Shown here: one piece after another, positions 58,495 to 64,000 of the stretch
Position numbering within the stretch: the first letter of the stretch is position 1
Layout of the letters: the number at the start of each line of letters is the position of its first letter
Source of the DNA: Macrostomum lignano
Taxonomy: Eukaryota
NCBI GenBank assembly: GCA_002269645.1
Contig: NIVC01000568.1
Span: forward strand, 62,001-126,000
Length of the DNA: 64,000 nt
Reading direction: 5' to 3'
The notes under the pieces: generated by a model
What the model was told of the DNA's origin: nothing
What the model saw: the letters and a program-made list of their open reading frames with translations, nothing else
The model's database searches: none
Made by a program: the position numbers and the translations under genes

Positions 58495-60150
58495 CTGCTT
58501 CGCGTGCTGTCATCTACGAGTGTTGCGAGTGCTAAGGGCGAACGAAGGACTAATTAAGGAGCATATTATCCGATTTCCTTCAGAGGAGATCTTTGGCATT
58601 TATTTATCTTCGCGTGGAATTAGCAGTGAGTAAAAAAATATGTGTATTTTATGCTGCCGCTTATACACTCTACAATATCATCAGCAGAATACGAAAAATG
58701 AGGTCGTTTAAAACAAAATAGTACGTAGATTTTCTGCACGTTACGCGTATTTAGCTTCTTCCTAGTGAAATCAGTGAATTGTTTTGGTCGCGTACATAAC
58801 CTATTCAGCTTCTCCGCTCATAGTCACTCCAGCATCAAGTGCTAACAATGCAAATTAGCTATGAACTGTATTGGAATACTTTGCATCATGCATTTGCATT
58901 TTAAATAAAAGGACTTTTTCTCTCGTTCATTGGCAGGTGTCGAGATGAGACTAAGCAATGTGCATTATGCTGCTGCCGATGCACAGGACGCAGAGTGCAA
59001 TCAGGATCCTCGTGAGGTGAAAGAAGACGACAGTGACGACTTCGACATGTATGACTATTCAGCCACATTGCACAGAAATTAGCTGTTAGCCGTATAAATA
59101 TGTTTAGTCACACTTCTCTGTGCCCGTGGCGTATACAACATTTAATCCATGACCTCTGCAATATTGCACTACCATCAAATGCTGACGCTCTCTCTCCCAC
59201 TCTGTAATGCTGTGATCAGTTTTGTCCTCCCTGTCGAGTTTTGCTAACCAAACTTTGAGAGAACTAAGCAGCGCGTTTTTCGACAAGCGTTGGCTGTTTA
59301 TATTTTTTCATTGTCTTTTGTCAATGTACAGTTTTACGAGTGTATACTTGACTGTATATTATGAAGATGTGCCTCTAAAATAAAACAGACTTAATTGCTT
59401 TTACCTATGCTTTTTACGATAATTCACTCTGTCCTGTCCTGAAACATTCCTGTTTTATCGAATTCTCTTTTGATGATGACACAAATATGGTCACATGACG
59501 GTCACAAAGAATAGTGGGAGGTAGAGCCATAGGGCGAGATGTATAAAGTATATGAATTTACATTACAGTAGTCTCAATGGTTTGCCTGCCCCTCTTGGCC
59601 TCCCTTTCTCCTTCTCGCCCTCTGTCGCTGCAGCACCTGTTGGTTAAAAATGAGAGGAAAGCTCGGCGAGAAAAGCCTCTGTGTAAAAGTCTCGTGCTCC
59701 CATAGCGTGACATCCTGTCACTTTTTAAATAGCCATGACTTTCCTGGTACATGGACACTTACATATGTAAGTTGTTTCCATCCGATTAAGACAAATGATC
59801 TATAATTAGTATAGGTGGATATTAGTAGAAATAAATTCAGTCAGTCTTATCATGTACGAGCAGTGGCGGATCTAGGATTTCTTTTTGGGAGGGGCGGTCC
59901 AAGTTTGGGAGGCCAACATGAGTATGAGGGGCACCAGTTATGAGGGGGCGCTAACTGATGTACTGCTGAAAATAACGAACGGGAAACACGGGATGCATGT
60001 TATTAATTTCTTAAATACGTATTTGAATTGAGAAGCACAATATCGGGGAGAAGTTTCGCCTTCTCTGTGCTTGGCAAGTGCACATGCACTAGCTACATGT
60101 ACATGTAGTTATTGCGCAGATTTGAGAGTTGTGTACAGTGTTAGAGGGTT

Positions 60151-60200
60151 ACTTGACTTAGCTGCAGGGGTTCCGGGCATCCGGACGCAGCGAGGAGGCG
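60151..60200 (-). mobile_element. 3' terminus of a LINE-family element
   Basis: Reverse complement TCCGGATGCCCGGAACCCCTGCAGCTAAGTCAAGT matches 48512-48546 with one mismatch. Confidence 0.65.
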
Positions 60201-61572
60201 TTGCCTCTTCAACTTCACGACTGCAACTTCAAGCTTCGCCACCAGATCACTCGCCATCCGCATGTTGTCAGCATGATGTCACCGATGAATTGAAGAGAAT
60301 GTCAGTTTTGACGAGCTACATGTAAGTTTTATCCGTTGCTCGAATTTCTACCGAGGAAAAAGCCTCTATTTGTTGTTGAACGGGGGTAGAAAGCCAGGGG
60401 CTTACCGCGGATCAGCCTTAAGGGGGCTCTACCGCAGGGATCTGACTGTGGGCCATACTACCAGGGGCATGTAGCCCGAGAGGCCACGATTGGGATTGGG
60501 ACCAGAGCTCAGGACTCTGGTGAGAGCAGGAGCATTGGTGCTACTAACTCAAACCTACGGTACAAGGCACCGCCAACCCAAAAGTGGAATTAGGGACGGT
60601 GCTAAGACCGAGTCCTCGGGAGTGCGCAGAAAAAATTGAAAATACGAAAAATTAGCTTGGGTTACTACTGAAACCGGTCCAAGAGCGGGGAAACCCAGAA
60701 GTCTTGGAAGCCTTAACTATTGGAGCGAGTCTGGAAGGCTTGTATCCGAGGGCGAGACTCCAGGCAGGAAGCCCATCTACCGGCTACAAACCCAAGGGTA
60801 TCGCCTATCCAGCTCAATATTGGGGGCCAGGCCAAGGGGTCGGGAAGGGGCACAAGGAGCAAGAGGACCCGGACTCAGCCGGTATCCCCGATTCGGGACG
60901 AACTCATTCCCCAGGACACGAATCTACTATCAGGATGAGAGCCAGAGACACTTAGTCAGGGAGACAACCAGAGGAGCCAGCAGATGGACCAAGGACAGCG
61001 CAGGATGGACCGGGCAGGGAGGGCAGAGCTCATTACTCCGGAAAATTGGAGCGGCAGTCAAAGGCCTTACATTAAAAAAACCAATACAAGTAATGGGGAT
61101 AAAAACAGGACGGAGGAGCACCTGAACCTACTAGCAGTTGGGAGACCCTGCTTCCCGGGGCACAGCCTCAGGGCTGGCATCAACTAGGCTCTACCGTACA
61201 CCTTCGTGAATGGTCATTCTTTCCTGCAGGGCGGGTACGAAGGACAGCCAGGGTAAAAACAGTCAGAGACCGTCTTTACGGTCTGAAAAGCTTCTATTCA
61301 CTACGAGTACATTAGTGGCTATAGGTTCACACAAATAAAATTTGTCAGATCGGTCGAACCATTGAAACAAACTTTCCTGCTAATACTTCCATGAGCTCAT
61401 ACTTGCATGAGAATTCACTACTATATGAGTTCTTTGCAGCTGCTTCTGTCATGCCCATTCTCTTGATTCTGGGCAGCGTTGTGCTAACAGTTCCGTTCTC
61501 GCGTTTGAGAAGATCCTTGAAAAAAATTTCTATGTTCAACTGGAGTAGAGTGGATTGAGCTGGACTACAGTA

Positions 61573-62336
61573 CAGTATGGCTCGGAAATAAGTGTGCATT
61601 TTGGCATAACTCCAGTGTAGTGGAATAAAGGAAACTCCAGCATTGGAGCCTTGCAATATGCAGACTCCAATACTTTATAGATTGACGGTCGATTTTAGCG
61701 TGCAGTCTGGTGCGACACTGCTCAGCGGCTTGCGTAGTTTTGATTAGTTGCAAGTTGCAGGACAGCCGGTTTACTTGCAGAATCTTTACTGGCAGCAGGT
61801 TGATAAGGTGTAAATTTGACAAGTGCACCTAGGCTGGGGGGATACAAATCTTTGGCATTTTGCAGAGTGGCTTTCGCGCCTATGCGCCCAACATTTTCTG
61901 ATAGATTTCGGCCCCTGAGTCGATTGGCGCCGGTCCCAGAGCGCCAGAAGGTCATCCAATAGAGTTATTTGCACTTTTCCGGTGCCAAAATCGAAACTCC
62001 AGTACTGGCTGATATAACTCCAGCATTGGAGCTGATAAAAATCCAGCATTGGAGCATAAGAAAACTCCAGCATTGGAACATAAGAAAACTCTAGCATTGA
62101 AACGAGTACTGGAGCTGATATAACTTCAGCATTGGAGCCTTGCAGACTCCAATACTTAGATCTAGATTGATGGTCGATTTTAGCGTGCAGTTTAGTGCGA
62201 CAATGCGACAATCTTATGCTCCAATGCTGGATTTATATCAGCCAGTATTGGAGTTTCGATTTTGGAGTTGGAGTTTCGATTGGAGTTTCCACTACTGGAG
62301 TTACGCCAAAATTTACTTCTTTCCGAGCCATACTTG
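61573..62336. mobile_element. Tc1/mariner-type MITE (about 764 bp) with TA target duplication
   Basis: TA|CAGTATGGCTCGGAAA.AAGT...TTTTGGC.TAACTCCAG at the left end and its inverted counterpart ending ...CCGAGCCATACTTG|TA at the right. There is also an internal 48-bp inverted pair (about 61985-62050 vs 62218-62270). No transposase. Confidence 0.75.
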
Positions 62337-62699
62337 TACCCCAAAATGATGGATTTGGCGCATAGAATTTTACTGGATAATAGGTAGAGTAATTTTGCAC
62401 CAGCTATATACTTTACCACTTGTCAAAATATTGAGCAGTTGCTGAGATATCGATGCTTCAATTTCGGTGAATTTCCAGTGCTCTTTAAATCAGCGTAAAA
62501 TACGTTTTTTAGTCCAGTCCACGGGGCCGCTGGACTAGTCTACATGTAGCTCAATCCACTCCACGGCTGCGTGTGGATCCACTTGCGATCAGTAAAAGTG
62601 GCAAAAGTAGAGATAAATTTAAATGTTCAGCTTGCAAAGGTATTATTAACTACCTAATAGCAGCTTAGCTTGATGTCAAAAATTTATTTTTCACTCCGA

Positions 62700-63486
62700 C
62701 AGTCAAGCAGTCCTTCTGGCCGTCTGCTGCAGCACCACCAACTCCAGATCTGTCCTGGACAGCAACGCCCGGCTCCACGGGCTTGCGCTGGGCAACCGGT
62801 GGAGCTCTAATGGATCCCGGTCCACGATGTCATGGTTTCCATTCCGGCAAGGCTGGCTCCGCCAGCGGGCTTCTGGACCGGGCCCAGGGGCCCCCACCCC
62901 TGCGCCTCGGTGATCAACTACCGAGTCAAGCACTGGGCTGACTCTGAGCATCTCCGCAGGTGGCAGGATCAACACTCGAAATTGCAGGAAATCTCGTGCT
63001 GCTGTCCCCCTGCGTAGAGCCTTCCTTAGGCTCAACCTCAGGGATCTTAAGAGCATTTACATGTACATGGGCCCTCTCCGGGCATGCATGGCTGCTTCTC
63101 TCGCCACCGCTTCCTTCAGGACCAGGTACTTGAGGAGCGGTGCGCGGTGCCCCAAGCTCTTCTGCCGCTCAACAGGCAGTAAAAACGCAGAATAATTTAT
63201 CTGCCACTACCCGGTCTTCACCACTCACTCACCCCGGGCCAAACCCTCCAACGCTAATTGCAGGCCCGAGAGCATATTGATGCTCACCCGGTACCTCAGC
63301 TGAGTTTTACCCACCGCCGGTGAGGAGGACCGTGCTGCAAGCGAGACCGACGACGGCCCCCCTGAGCGACATCACTTCGATGGAAGTCATTCATGGTCGC
63401 CACGCCAGAGGCTAGCGGAATGGGCGGTCTCCTCCGCCTCCTGATCGCTGCATCCGCCGGATAATGCCCTCTGCATCTAAGTCAAG
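62700..63486 (+). pseudogene. Decayed 3' fragment of a Loa-like LINE ORF2 (RNase H end to Cys/His motif) with 3' UTR
   Basis: Broken translation VEL*WIPVH, ...SVINYRVKHW..EH...W, FLRLNLRDL, LSGH.CFSRHRFLQ, ENAE*FICHYPVF parallels the ORF2 C-terminus at 21423-22000. It ends TAGCGGAATGGG...CTGCATCTAAGTCAAG. Confidence 0.75.
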
Positions 63487-64000
63487 CTTACTTGAGGTAG
63501 CAAATTAGCCAGACTATGTAGATAGTTTGCCATTAGCTAAGGATGTTTAACATTTTGAGCAGAATGAAAGACTTTTCAGGTCGCCGCGATCCGAAATTCA
63601 AACTCTGCGACTTGCAGTCTGGTCAATTCTTTTGAGCAAGCGAAATTTCTCAAATAAGTGTAACACAAAATAGAAAAATACTTGGACAATTTCGGTCACT
63701 TCTGCGCGAAAATGCGTGGCGCAACAGCCAAATTACCGGGTAACATCGATTGAGCAAAATGCATTTTTTTTGTTATTCGGACAAAAAAAATATTAAAGCT
63801 CCCAATAAACGCAAAGGTAATGTGCTGCTTGGATAGAATAACTTTATGCAGCTACGCAAAACCAACTGAAGTAATGCTCGCAACATAAAGCTACCCGCAG
63901 AAACTTCAGCTACACAGCAACTACAAACAGCTGGTACAGAACTGCGCATCACCAGGATGTGAGTCACACAAACACGCATCACTTCAGAAAATCGTTCAGG

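Noticed and set aside
58940-59760. Short exon-like ORFs (58948-59085 on +, 59104-59286 and 59558-59758 on -)
   Set aside because: No recognisable motifs and no consistent splice chain.
59861-59900. CAGTGGCGGATCTAGG resembling a DNA-transposon terminal repeat
   Set aside because: No inverted partner found in the window, so no element can be delimited.

Overview
Eukaryotic (animal) genomic DNA with GT-AG introns, GC-rich exons and dense minisatellites. The style suggests a free-living flatworm such as Macrostomum, but that is inference only. Four host genes were reconstructed by eye. (1) A 17-exon type IV (zeta/iota, rdgA-like) diacylglycerol kinase on + (7144-29676). (2) A fatty-acid-binding protein gene with an uninterrupted coding sequence, nested antisense in intron 2 of that kinase (10383-10787). 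(3) A 6-exon rhodopsin-class peptide GPCR of the GnRH/AKH/vasopressin receptor superfamily on + (about 33968-42727). (4) A 4-coding-exon Van Gogh/Vangl planar-cell-polarity gene on - (49897-53508). Mobile elements: a 5'-incomplete piggyBac transposase with one in-frame stop; a full-length Loa-like APE-RT-RNaseH LINE inserted into a 21-bp satellite with a 12-bp target-site duplication; three degenerate relatives sharing its 3' end; three CORE-type tRNA-derived SINE copies; and a TA-flanked Tc1/mariner-type MITE. Most long ORFs in the supplied track are artefacts of tandem repeats. There is no CRISPR array or prokaryotic system. The most interesting points are the nested FABP and its possible exon-on-exon antisense promoter, the domains missing from the DGK, the non-canonical Vangl C-terminus, the shared LINE 3'-end family and the excess of TACATGTA octamers.
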